A program made the position numbers and the translations under genes. Positions 41,787 to 64,000 of a stretch of DNA of 64,000 bases are shown here, piece after piece. Source of the stretch: Macrostomum hystrix (Eukaryota > Animalia > Platyhelminthes); NCBI GenBank assembly GCA_950097015.1, contig CATNEN010000034.1:6386001-6450000 (forward strand), in the 5' to 3' direction. Within the stretch, counting starts at the first letter, position 1. Every line of letters starts with the position of its first letter. Below the pieces are notes generated by a model. It did no database searches, was not told the origin of the DNA, and was given only the letters and a program-made list of their open reading frames with translations.

Positions 41787-41987
41787 TCATGCGCTTATGT
41801 TGTTGGCTCCTTGTGCATTTGGATGCTCCCGATTCCAGTACACCAAGCCGAAGACCAGAGCCATGATCAGTGCGCAGAAAGTGTAGTTAAGCACGACTAA
41901 CGGAGTGTTGAGCTGCAGATTCTCATCATTGGCGATCTCAGCCACTGGGCCAAAATCCCCAGTTGGCATACTGTGAGGATAGCTCAT
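41787..41987 (-). CDS. Candidate 66-aa single-pass membrane micro-protein
   Basis: The ATG is in a good context (AAACAATGA). There is one hydrophobic helix (PLVVLNYTFCALIMALVFGLVYW) after an acidic N-terminus, and GC content is higher than in the AT-rich flanks. No family was recognised. Confidence 0.5.
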   Translation of the reverse strand: MSYPHSMPTGDFGPVAEIANDENLQLNTPLVVLNYTFCALIMALVFGLVYWNREHPNAQGANNISA

Positions 41988-42716
41988 TGTTTAAGTTTCT
42001 GATTCTTATTTTTTTATTTGGCTAGCAAAACATAAAAACCTTATTGGCTTTTCGTAGTCTATGGCATTGGTTAAAAGGTATAAGCCAACTATTCGGTTCG
42101 TTTATAAGTGCGAGTTTAAAAAAGCTAAAAGTATTTTCGCTGTTTTTTGTAAACAATTAATACAAATATGAACTGTGTAATTAGTTGTATCGACATTTAT
42201 GTAACAGTAATATATATTTTCCAAGTTTCACACATTATTACCTCCCATTTTGACCAAACTTGTTAAAATCAAATAATCGGAAATCGGAACATTTCAGTAA
42301 CCATGCGATAAGGCTTGCTTGCTGAAATTCAGTTGAAACAAGCTCCCTTTCTTTTTAATTTAGTCAATGGACTTTTGTCTATGGCCAATACTATTGGGGA
42401 AATGTCTGCTTGCGGAAATTTAATTGAAACATGCAATTGAAATTCAATTAACGCAATGTACACATGTAATTGCTAGGTTTAAGGTCTGATTTGTATTGCT
42501 TGCTGTCAAGTAGTCATTGTGTTTGTCTTTGTCGATAGTGTCGATTTATAAGTTTTATTTTGAACTTGATTAACTTTGATTAGGGATATAAAAACGCGTT
42601 AATTACAATTATTCTTTACACAATATAGATTAGCAGCACTGAAGCAAGGCCAGGGTTTGTTAATAACTAGCTTCATAAAAAAACATCTAAAACAACCAAG
42701 TTGGACTCAGAAATAA

Positions 42717-54599
<11,883 letters not shown>

Positions 54600-56370
54600 G
54601 CTGCTGCGCCTTATTTTTGTACTTAAAGCAGTGCTGAAATATTTATAAAAATATAGGTTTAAACTATATCATCTTTTTTCATGCACAAAAAACTTTTTTA
54701 AAGTAAAAATAAAAAATCTGAATATCAAATCAATGTCTTTTCGGTAAGGTATTGTATTTATTGAAAACATTATTTGCCAAAAAGATGTGAACAAAAACTA
54801 TTAATAACAAAACAATTTAATACAGCAAATGTTTCTCTGGCTAGTTTATTGCCCAAAGTAGCTCCGTAGGATCAATTATAATTTTTTCTATTTACGGGTG
54901 TTAACATATTAACATATAAATTATTTTCATTTATTTTTTGATCAATAGCACATATGTAAGAGTTCTTTTCTAGCCAGTACACCTTGCAGAGCAAAGACAA
55001 ATATGCATAAATTTGCAATTTAAAAGAAAGCCTATGCAACTAAGAATACACTATTTTAGACTAAAGTCCCAGCTATATCCTATTGTAACAAAGGCTACCA
55101 CAATCAATTGAAGGTAGCAATCAGTGTTACAAATAGATACATCAGTATCAGTTGCATGGCTGTTGTAGATCCACTAGGTTTGTTGAGAATTCAATCACTC
55201 GTTATTGTGAGTAGAATTCAAATTAAAAAACATCAGAACATGCGTAATTTATTGAAGCTGAAGACAGCAAAATTGAATAAATGAAACTGGAATAGTAAAA
55301 CCGTGAATTTTTTAATAAAAGAACTGGTAAAAGTTAAATCCGCACTGGCTTCTATTGTCTATAGATTTATTTATTTTAGTTTAAACTAAACTTAAAACTG
55401 CAGGTACCATTTTAGCTAGATATTAAATAATAAAACCTAATTGCACTCGCATAACATTAGATTAAGTATTCTTCTGTTTTGTTGTAATCGATGTTCATAT
55501 GAACGCAATAAAATTTAAACTAAAAAGTTCTCGCCTTTTAATAAAAAATTGCTCTATCAGTGCTAAGATTTATAATTTTTAGTTCTCTGATCAATGATCA
55601 AAGATGTCCATCGGAAAAATATGAGGAAAGACATCGAAACAAAATTTCTTCAAGTTTTTGGTCGAAGCTTTCGCAAATTGTTGATTGACGACCGATAATA
55701 TGTGATTCCGTATCCAGTTTCTTATTCCTTAACTTGCAATGTTATGCATTGAAAATGTTCTGCTTTTGTATCTAAAACAAAAATCGGATACTGCGAAAAG
55801 TTTCCTTATTGCACTCCAATGATAAGATTGTTAGATATCAGTTTGTTAGATATCAGTTTGTTAGATATAAGTCTTTTTTACTTTTTTCTTGGAGGACTTA
55901 ACAATACCTCACGATAACTTATAATGTTAATTTATTGAGACAAGTTTTAACCATGGGTAGACACTTTTGGCATTATAATATTTTTAAAGAAGCATGACAA
56001 AGCTGACAATCGTACATCAAAAGCACATTTTAAATAATAAACTGAGAAACGTCGACACAATTATCTGAGATTTGTAAAAAAAGTATATCTAATATCAGTT
56101 TTACATAATGCTTTAGTGTATTACCATAATATAGAGCAAAAAACGTGCCCCTTTTCCTTAATCAGATTTAGCTACGTGATTATGCAATAAATGTTGAGAA
56201 ATTAACTTAAAGGGGAATACAGAACCAGAGGTAAAATTTTAGTAATTTACCTGTAGAAGTTCTGCTGTTTTATCGATTGTCCATGATGTTAATTTGAAAT
56301 GTTACTTTAAATATTAATTTCTTAAAAGTAAAATGCCTAATTAGAACCATTTTCCTGTCTGACATTTCAG

Positions 56371-57220
56371 TTGCAGCTCGTGACCTTGGAGTCGCTGACG
56401 CGACCTCAGCTGCCGCGTCGCTCTCGACCCGACGTTCGTCTACAGTCGCACCCGCCGCAGAGGGAGAACTACTTCGCCGCCATGGTGCCCATCGACGAGG
56501 TCCGCGACGCCTGCCAGAGCCACGGCATGGTGCCCGACGCCGATGGGGAACTGAAGGCTACTTTCATTCTCACCGAAATTGACGAGTGGGGAAATCGACG
56601 GGAGCAGGTTGTCATGGTGACGGCCAGGACGCTGATACTGAGCAAATTCAACTTCATTACTCGGCGCCACAAGTGAGTTAGAAAATCAGGACCCGCATAG
56701 GCGTTTGGACATTGGAAATAGCATTCTTAAGAAAATTTCCATACATTGAATCCACATCCGAAAGATTGAGATCCCTTACTTATCGCCTTACGCAGTGATG
56801 TAAAATTCATTTCTTAGAAGCTCCCGTCGTGTGCCCCTCCGCTTGATTGCTCGCCTGTCAATCGGCGACCTCGCCGGCGGCCATGGCGCCGTCCGCATCT
56901 GCTGGCGCCGTCCGGAAGCGGAGATCGCTGCAGCGACGCCAGACACCGTCAGCGAGGACAGCCCAAAGCCGGAGCAGGCCCTGCTTGAGATCACCCTGGC
57001 ACACCACCCTCTGCACTACTGCGACTCAGATCTGGGCAACGCCCTGTACGACGTTGACGCGTTCTTCGCCTTGTTGCACGGCCTGCTGGAAGGTCGCGAT
57101 CCGCCCGTCGCCGTGGCGGCTGAACCCCTGGCCGCCGGTCCGCTGTTCGGCTTGGCGTCGGTCGTCTATAACCATAGCGACATCGGCTTCTGCAAAGACC
57201 GCAACGGTGTCTGCTTCTGA
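56371..57220 (+). CDS. TPRG1L: TPRG1L/FAM79-like (hSac2-type domain) protein; 5' exon and start not resolved
   Basis: Exons 56371-56672 and 56818-57220 join in phase 2 (705 nt). Motifs [35 protein letters not shown] and the C-terminal [22 protein letters not shown] resemble TPRG1/TPRG1L. Confidence 0.78.
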
Positions 57221-57475
57221 GTAGATTTGAGACACTGAAAACTGACACCGTTCCTCCTCAGAACATTGTTTGAAGTTTCTCTGACAAGTGAAAACTTTTT
57301 TCCAAGGCCTACTAAAAAGCTTTTTTACTTTAGTAGTCCTCGCTCCAATACTTTTTGTTAATTAAAAGCACAATAATCCTAAATTGCAATAACTGGTCAT
57401 CCGAATATGACGGTTTTAAATGCTCATTGGTTTCGGGATGCCCAAACATGTATTGCAAAGGTTTGAGTCTCGATC

Positions 57476-59408
57476 CCTCTAGAATTTGAGTCCCGATCCT
57501 TAGTATTTGAGTCCCGATCCCTAGTATTTGAGTCCCGATCCCAAGTATTTGAATACCGATCCCTAGTATTTGAGTCCCGATCCCAAGTATTTGAGTCCCG
57601 ATCCCTAGTATTTGAGTCCCGATCCCAAGTATTTGAATACCGATCCCTAGTATTTGAGTCCCGATTCCAAGTATTTGAATACCGATCCCTAGTATTTGAA
57701 TCCCGATTCCTAGTATTTGAGTCCCGATCCCAAGTATTTGAATACCGATCCCTAGTATTTGAGTCCCGATCCCAAGTATTTGAATACCGATCCCTAGTAT
57801 TTGAATCCCGATCCCAAGTATTTGAATACCGATCCCTAGTATTTGAATACCGATCCCAAGTATTTGAATACCGATCCCTAGTATTTGAATACCGATCCCT
57901 AGTATTTGAGTCCCGATTCCAAGTATTTGAATACCGATCCCTAGTATTTGAATACCGATCCCTAGTATTTGAATCCCGATTCCTAGTATTTGAGTCCCGA
58001 TCCCAAGTATTTGAATACCGATCCCTAGTATTTGAGTCCCGATTCCAAGTATTTGAATACCGATCCCTAGTATTTGAATCCCGATTCCTAGTATTTGAGT
58101 CCCGATCCCAAGTATTTGAATACCGATCCCTAGTATTTGAGTCCCGATCCCAAGTATTTGAATACCGATCCCTAGTATTTGAATCCCGATCCCAAGTATT
58201 TGAATACCGATCCCTAGTATTTGAATACCGATCCCAAGTATTTGAATACCGATCCCTAGTATTTGAATACCGATCCTTAGTATTTGAATCCCGATTCCTA
58301 GTATTTGAGTCCCGATTCCAAGTATTTGAATACCGATCCCTAGTATTTGAATCCCGATTCCTAGTATTTGAGTCCCGATCCCAAGTATTTGAATACCGAT
58401 CCCTAGTATTTGAGTCCCGATCCCAAGTATTTGAATACCGATCCCTAGTATTTGAATCCCGATCCCAAGTATTTGAATACCGATCCCAAGTATTTGAATA
58501 CCGATCCCAAGTATTTGAATACCGATCCCTAGTATTTGAATACCGATCCCTAGTATTTGAGTCCCGATTCCAAGTATTTGAATACCGATCCCTAGTATTT
58601 GAATACCGATCCCTAGTATTTGAATCCCGATTCCTAGTATTTGAGTCCCGATCCCAAGTATTTGAATACCGATCCCTAGTATTTGAGTCCCGATCCCAAG
58701 TATTTGAATACCGATCCCTAGTATTTGAATCCCGATCCCAAGTATTTGAGTCCCGATCCCAAGTATTTGAATACCGATCCCTAGTATTTGAGTCCCGATC
58801 CCAAGTATTTGAATACCGATCCCTAGTATTTGAATACCGATCCCAAGTATTTGAATACCGATCCCTAGTATTTGAATACCGATCCCAAGTATTTGAATAC
58901 CGATCCCTAGTATTTGAGTCCCGATCCCAAGTATTTGAATACCGATCCCTAGTATTTGAGTCCCGATCCCAAGTATTTGAATACCGATCCCTAGTATTTG
59001 AATCCCGATCCCTAGTATTTGAGTCCCGATCCCAAGTATTTCAATACCGATCCCTAGTATTTGAGTCCCGATCCCAAGTATTTGAGTCCAGATCCCTAGT
59101 ATGTGAATACCGATCCCTAGTATTTGAGTCCCGATCCCTAGTATTTGAGTCCCGATTCCAAGTATTTGAATACCGATCCCTAGTATTTGAGTCCCGATCC
59201 CTAGTATTTGAATACCGATCCCTAGTATTTGAGTCCCGATCCCTAGTATTTGAGTCCCGATCCCTAGTATTTGAATACCGATCCCTAGTATTTGAATACC
59301 GATCCCTAGTATTTGAGTCCCGATCCCTAGTATTTGAATACCGATCCCTAGTATTTGAATACCGATCCCTAGTATTTGAATACCGATCCCTAGTATTTGA
59401 GTCCCGAT
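57476..59408. repeat. 21-bp minisatellite GATCCCTAGTATTTGAATACC / GATCCCAAGTATTTGAGTCCC, about 90 copies
   Basis: Direct inspection. Confidence 0.97.
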
Positions 59409-60073
59409 ATGTAGAGTTTGAGTAGTATTTCAGTTCCTAGTGCTAATGTTGATACTGGTATATACATTTTCAAATCGGCTTGAAATTATTTTGCTAACTG
59501 TGCCTATTTGGTAATTCTGCCTAAATCTGATAGATCTGAGTTCTATTTACATCAGGATAAGCAGGAATTTTCGCTTGTCTTTGATTTTTCCTGATATTTA
59601 ATGAGCAGAATAGTCTAAACAACAATCCATTTTCTTTTGTTAAGTTTTTTGCGAGCAATAACCTGCCAACGATCGGTTTCAGCATGAAATCAATTTGGTA
59701 CACCCTGTTTGTATTTGACTCATTCACTCTATTATCATACATAAATGAATTGATAAATAAACATTTTTTCATCTCGCTCGTTCAGTCAGCATATAATTCA
59801 TTTTCATTTACAATTCTGACTTAAGAAATTGCAATAAATGTGGGGCTTCTAGAACTTTAATCATATAAAATACTTGAGGTTTTCCAATCAACTTATAACT
59901 TCATCCACTGTCTTCTGCTAAGACATTGGGTTGTTGACTGAATATCTTTATAAGTTCGTAGCTTGCCAGTTGACTGTAACTAAAAGCGCATATGTAAAGT
60001 AATTAGTAAAGTTAGCTTATAGTTTTTATGAAAAAATTAAAACGAGTCTTGATTTACCTTATTTTATGAACAA

Positions 60074-61660
60074 CAACAACAACAAGAGACGCTAGCCCCA
60101 GAAGTCAGGGAGGCAGCGTCAGATGGCGCGCCGCAGAGCCAGCACGCGAGCATGATCCGCACCGGTGGCAGTGTCGGGCACCCCGGCGTCGCTCAGCACG
60201 CAGTCGACGTAGCGGCGGGTCCAAGCCTGGCCGCGGCTGAACGGGCCCTGCAGAGTGAGCAGCGGGACGTCCTGGGCGGGCTGGCGGCAGTAGCTCTCGG
60301 CCCGAATAACGTGGCCCGCTAGTCGAAGTCGCGGCTGGCGCAGGATAGTGGACGGGCGTTGCAGCTGGGCTCTCTCGTACAGAGCCTCGGTCCCGACGCT
60401 CTCGTCAGCTTGAAAGGCCGCACGGAGCAGTCCTGAGTGCGCCGAGTCCAGCTGCCGCTCCAGCGTAGCCGTCAGCGTCCACGACTCGGCGTTGTACAGC
60501 AGGACGGTCTCGACCACCGCCTGCCACAGCCGAGCCCTCTGGCGGTCAGGCAGCGCTGTGGACTGGAGGACGGCCCGGATCGAACGGTAGGCCGCCCATG
60601 CGAGTCCTCTGCGCCGCCGGATGTCGTCTTCCACGTTGGGCACCAGACCGCCGAGGTAAGTGAAGCGCTGGCAGCGTGCGAGCGAGATGATCTGCCCGTC
60701 TGCGCCGCGGCACGTCAGGTCCGCTGGAATGTCGGCCAACACGGTCAGCACCTCGGTCTTAAGCGAGTTGATCAATAGGCCGACGCTTGATGCCACCTCA
60801 GCCAACCTGTCAATCTGGCGCTGGGCACCTTCGACAGTCGAGGACAGGAGGGCGAGGTCGTCGGCGTAGCCAAGCACGCTGAGGCGCTTCTCATCGTTGC
60901 GGCGACCGATGGGTCTGTGCAGCGGGAAGCCGTCTTCAGCCGAGGGGAGCGCAGTCCGAAGCACCCAGTCCAGGAGAAGCACGAAGAGGAACGGGGCCAG
61001 CGTGTCGCCCTGCACCACTCCTGACGAGGTGGCAAACAGGTCGGACAGGCCGTCCGCCGTAACAACAGCAGCGCGCGTGTCGCGATACAGCGACATGACA
61101 GCGGCGACTAGCTGCTCTGGGACCCGGTAGGCACGAAGGACGAGTGGGAGCGCGGCTCTTGACACCGAGTCAAACGCCTTGCGGAAGTCGACAAACACGA
61201 CGATCAGTGTTGACTGGCGGATGCGTGCCTCCTCGATGACACGGCGGAGTGCGAGGATCTGGGTCACTGTACCGCGCTGCGGCCGGAACCCGTTCTGCTC
61301 GTAACGGAGGTACGGGTCCAGCACCGACTGCAGGCGATCGAGAAGCAGTCGGTTGAAAAGCTTCGCGGTGCAAGACATAAGCGAGATCCCGCGGTGATCT
61401 TCTTTCCGCGTTGTCCCAGCCTTCTTCGGGATCGGCACGATGAGCGCTACGGTCCACTCGGTGGGCGCAGGGCGCCGGCGAGCACGCGGTTCATGGCGCC
61501 TGTGACTTGGTAAGCCACACAGCGGAGCCGCAGCGCCTCGACTGGAACCTCGTCGGGGCCGAGCGCATTGCCGCCAGATGTTATCCGAGCGAACCGCACA
61601 GCATCCTCCACGGTGACTGGGCTGGTGCGAAAATCTGGCAGGGCCGTGTCCGTCGGCAGC
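60074..61660 (-). mobile_element. 5'-truncated non-LTR retrotransposon (RTE-like LINE) with an intact RT-domain ORF at 60119-61438
   Basis: RT motifs: IPKK..HRGISL, QNGFR, FVDFRKAFDSV, GVVQGDTLAPFLF, LGYADDL, FTYLG. A short 3' UTR ends in a (TTG)n tail. The 10-bp TSD TTATGAACAA is at 60064-60073 and 61661-61670. The element is a GC-rich island in AT-rich DNA. Confidence 0.9.
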
Positions 61661-62026
61661 TTATGAACAATGGGAGCTTCATTGCCAGAATGTAGTTTTT
61701 GCTCTCATATTGTCATGGTGACTGATTCAGATATATTTGAATGACCACAAAGGTCCCCTTGACTCTATTGAAGTTTAATCCTATTTATTTGCCATTCTCG
61801 AACAAATATTGCACCCAACAAAGTTTTCTTCAAAGATTGCTAATTTTTTATGTGCCACAAAGTTTGGTCATCCTCATCAAAGTGGTTGTAGATAGAACAA
61901 AATGGTAATATTGTTTTAACTCAGCACCGCCAAAAGGGTTTATAGACATAGATGACCAAATCTATTGATTACTTACTAAATCTGGAACTATTTTATATAG
62001 GATTAAAGTTCAAGAAAAATGTGGGC

Positions 62027-62509
62027 TTATGTAGTTTCTAAGTAAGCTTCGGATGTGTCGGAGGACAAACTCGAGTTCCCCACGTATTCAATTAGGCGGT
62101 TTTCTTTGGCAGAATTTTTGCGGTTTTCGACCAGCTGAACAATCAGGCACGCGAGCTGCAGCGCAAAGACGAGTACCAGGCCGACTATACAGAACAGATC
62201 GGCGTGTTTATCGTCACTCGGTCCTAGGACTCTTCCGAATTGAACACAGCGCAGCATGAACACGACGTATTCGAGGCTGCAGGCTGAGCCCATGAACACG
62301 AATGCCAGGCAGCGGATCCGGCGCTGGCCAATCCGCAGTCGCGGCGAGGCAGCCTTCTCGAATGGATAGCGATTGTTGCTGTCAAACTGGTGGTCCTTGG
62401 TGTTGCTGCGATTGTACAGCTGCTGGCTGGGCCACAGGTTACTGTGAACCAAGTTGCGGCGCCGCTTCAAGTGCATTCGTCTGGCGATGTCAGCAATTGG
62501 GAAGTTCAT
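62027..62509 (-). CDS. Hypothetical membrane protein ORF or terminal exon with two predicted TM helices
   Basis: The 160-aa non-repetitive ORF has higher GC than its flanks and two hydrophobic segments (CLAFVFMGSACSLEYVVFML; LFCIVGLVLVFALQLACLIVQLV). No family was recognised. Confidence 0.45.
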   Translation of the reverse strand: MNFPIADIARRMHLKRRRNLVHSNLWPSQQLYNRSNTKDHQFDSNNRYPFEKAASPRLRIGQRRIRCLAFVFMGSACSLEYVVFMLRCVQFGRVLGPSDDKHADLFCIVGLVLVFALQLACLIVQLVENRKNSAKENRLIEYVGNSSLSSDTSEAYLETT

Positions 62510-62678
62510 CGCGTCTATCTTGAGAAATCTCTCTCACTACAGCAGTCTAGGGGATGGGTTGCCATAGACGTTTTTGATCTAATTCATATTTAGATTTTTA
62601 GGAGAAGTCCAAATTGAATACCGAGGATCAGACATTTTAGCACAGATGCAAACTTAGCTAGTAAAAAGCTGCTGAGAT

Positions 62679-63044
62679 AGGCGGTCGGTGGCAGAGCGGT
62701 TATCGCGTTTGCCTCTCGCACCACGGTCCCTAAGTTCGATTCCACGGCGAGGCCACATTTATTTGGGGCGCAGCCGCGGAGAGAAGGCTTGAGGGCTTGT
62801 CGTGCAATTTACGCCCTTGTGGGCCAACCTCCAAAGCAAAGTTAAATGTACACTGCCTGACGATGAGAAAGTCAGGGCAGATGTACACACCTGTGTGAGC
62901 GTGTACCTGCGTACAGTGTCTGTGTGCGTGTGTGCTCAGGAGTGAGTGAAATGGGCAGAATTGCCTCCTCGCTGGCTGCGGGTCTAGTGTCACTAAATGA
63001 TGTGCCACTGCCCGCAGCCCTCCTGCAATTATTATTATTATTAT
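62679..63044 (+). mobile_element. Full-length tRNA-derived SINE with an (ATT)n tail and 12-bp TSD
   Basis: It has the A-box TGGCAGAGCGG, the B-box GTTCGATTCC and the tail AATTATTATTATTATTAT. The TSD AGCTGCTGAGAT is at 62667-62678 and 63045-63056. Confidence 0.93.
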
Positions 63045-63054
63045 AGCTGCTGAG

Positions 63055-63560
63055 ATGGAATCGTAGATGGAATCGTAGATGGAATCGTAGATGGAATCGT
63101 AGATGGAATCGTAGATGGAATCGTAGATGGAATCGTAGATGGAATCGTAGATGGAATCGTAGATGGAATCGTAGATGGAATCGTAGATGGAATCGTAGAT
63201 GGAATCGTAGATGGAATCGTAGATGGAATCGTAGATGGAATCGTAGATGGAATCGTAGATGGAATCGTAGATGGAATCGTAGATGGAATCGTAGATGGAA
63301 TCGTAGATGGAATCGTAGATGGAATCGTAGATGGAATCGTAGATGGAATCGTAGATGGAATCGTAGATGGAATCGTAGATGGAATCGTAGATGGAATCGT
63401 AGATGGAATCGTAGCAGGAATCAGCTGGAATCAAAGTTAGAATGTGGAATCGTAGCAGGAATCAGCTGGAATCAAAGTTAGAATGTGGAATCGTAGCAGG
63501 AATCAGCTGGAATCAAAGCTAGAATGTGGAATCGTAGCAGGAATCAGCTGCAATAGCTAG
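63055..63560. repeat. 12-bp minisatellite ATGGAATCGTAG (about 30 perfect copies) followed by about 3 copies of a related 41-bp unit
   Basis: Direct inspection. It explains the YDSI ORF. Confidence 0.96.
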
Positions 63561-63750
63561 AATCGAATGTAGAATCGTATCAGTGATATCGAAGATGGAA
63601 TTGTTTGTCGGCCTGATGAAGATCTTAAATTGGTATATTTAAAGTGCAAGTGCAAATGTGAAGCGTATGAAATTTAAAATTTTTTAACATTTTTTTGTCC
63701 GTAGTCACACCCAGTACGTTTAAAAATCTTTTAATAGAAATCTGACAGTT

Positions 63751-63944
63751 TTATTTGAACCAATTGTATGCAACCAAGTTAATGCATAGAGCCATAGTAA
63801 TAAAGCAAGCAAAAGTAATATGAAACGAGTAGATCTTAGAATTTAGCAAGAAAGAAATATATAAAAGGATGTGCATTAAATCACGAATGTAACCAGGTGT
63901 AACCATACTGAACGAATTCACTATGCAAATTTTAGCAGTACAGA
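63751..63944 (-). other. Possible hydrophobic terminal exon of a gene extending beyond the window
   Basis: A strong pyrimidine-rich acceptor (ttactttt cctctgtccctccaag) is followed by an open hydrophobic frame ending in TAA. The region is AT-rich, so this could be chance. Confidence 0.3.
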
Positions 63945-64000
63945 CTTGGAGGGACAGAGGAAAAGTAAGTAAGTGCGTGTAACTTTGCAATACATTTAAT

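Noticed and set aside
62730-63434. 234-aa YDSI-repeat ORF
   Set aside because: It is a 12-bp minisatellite read into the antisense SINE.
63612-63635. CCTGATGAAGATC… hammerhead/Penelope-like motif
   Set aside because: There is no downstream GAAA core or closing stems.

Overview
This is eukaryotic (metazoan invertebrate) genomic DNA, not prokaryotic. It has spliced genes with GT-AG introns, and almost every intron or intergenic gap holds its own minisatellite. That architecture suggests a Macrostomum-like flatworm (inference only). Genes assembled by hand from splice sites and reading-frame phase: (1) a multi-copy peptide prohormone (392-1279, minus; 14 KR-flanked GYYWPGMWNY-type peptides); (2) a 4-exon DUF1399/GRDP-like gene with a Gly-Cys tail (9208-15262, minus); (3) a 4-exon secreted LRR+Ig protein with a probable GPI signal (28676-32757, plus); (4) an 8-exon nucleobindin (35433-39909, plus); (5) a candidate 66-aa single-pass micro-protein (41787-41987, minus); (6) an 11-exon tubulin polyglutamylase TTLL6/13 (42717-54599, minus); (7) a TPRG1L-like gene (56371-57220, plus, 5' end unresolved); (8) an orphan membrane ORF near 62 kb. 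Mobile DNA: a tRNA-derived SINE family (6 copies or fragments), two hAT/Charlie-type MITEs with 8-bp TSDs and internal minisatellites, a Ty3/Gypsy LTR element that has gag, protease and integrase but no RT/RNase H, and a 5'-truncated RTE-like LINE with a 10-bp TSD. The best leads are the apparently novel Trp/Tyr-rich peptide precursor, a recurrent TA-CTCG-TA octamer that behaves like a transposon excision footprint, the RT-less LTR element, a tubulin-tail-like acidic N-terminus on the polyglutamylase, and a MITE that duplicated a splice donor. Most long ORFs in the supplied track are artefacts of stop-free tandem repeats. No database searches were run; family assignments come from recognising motifs by eye.
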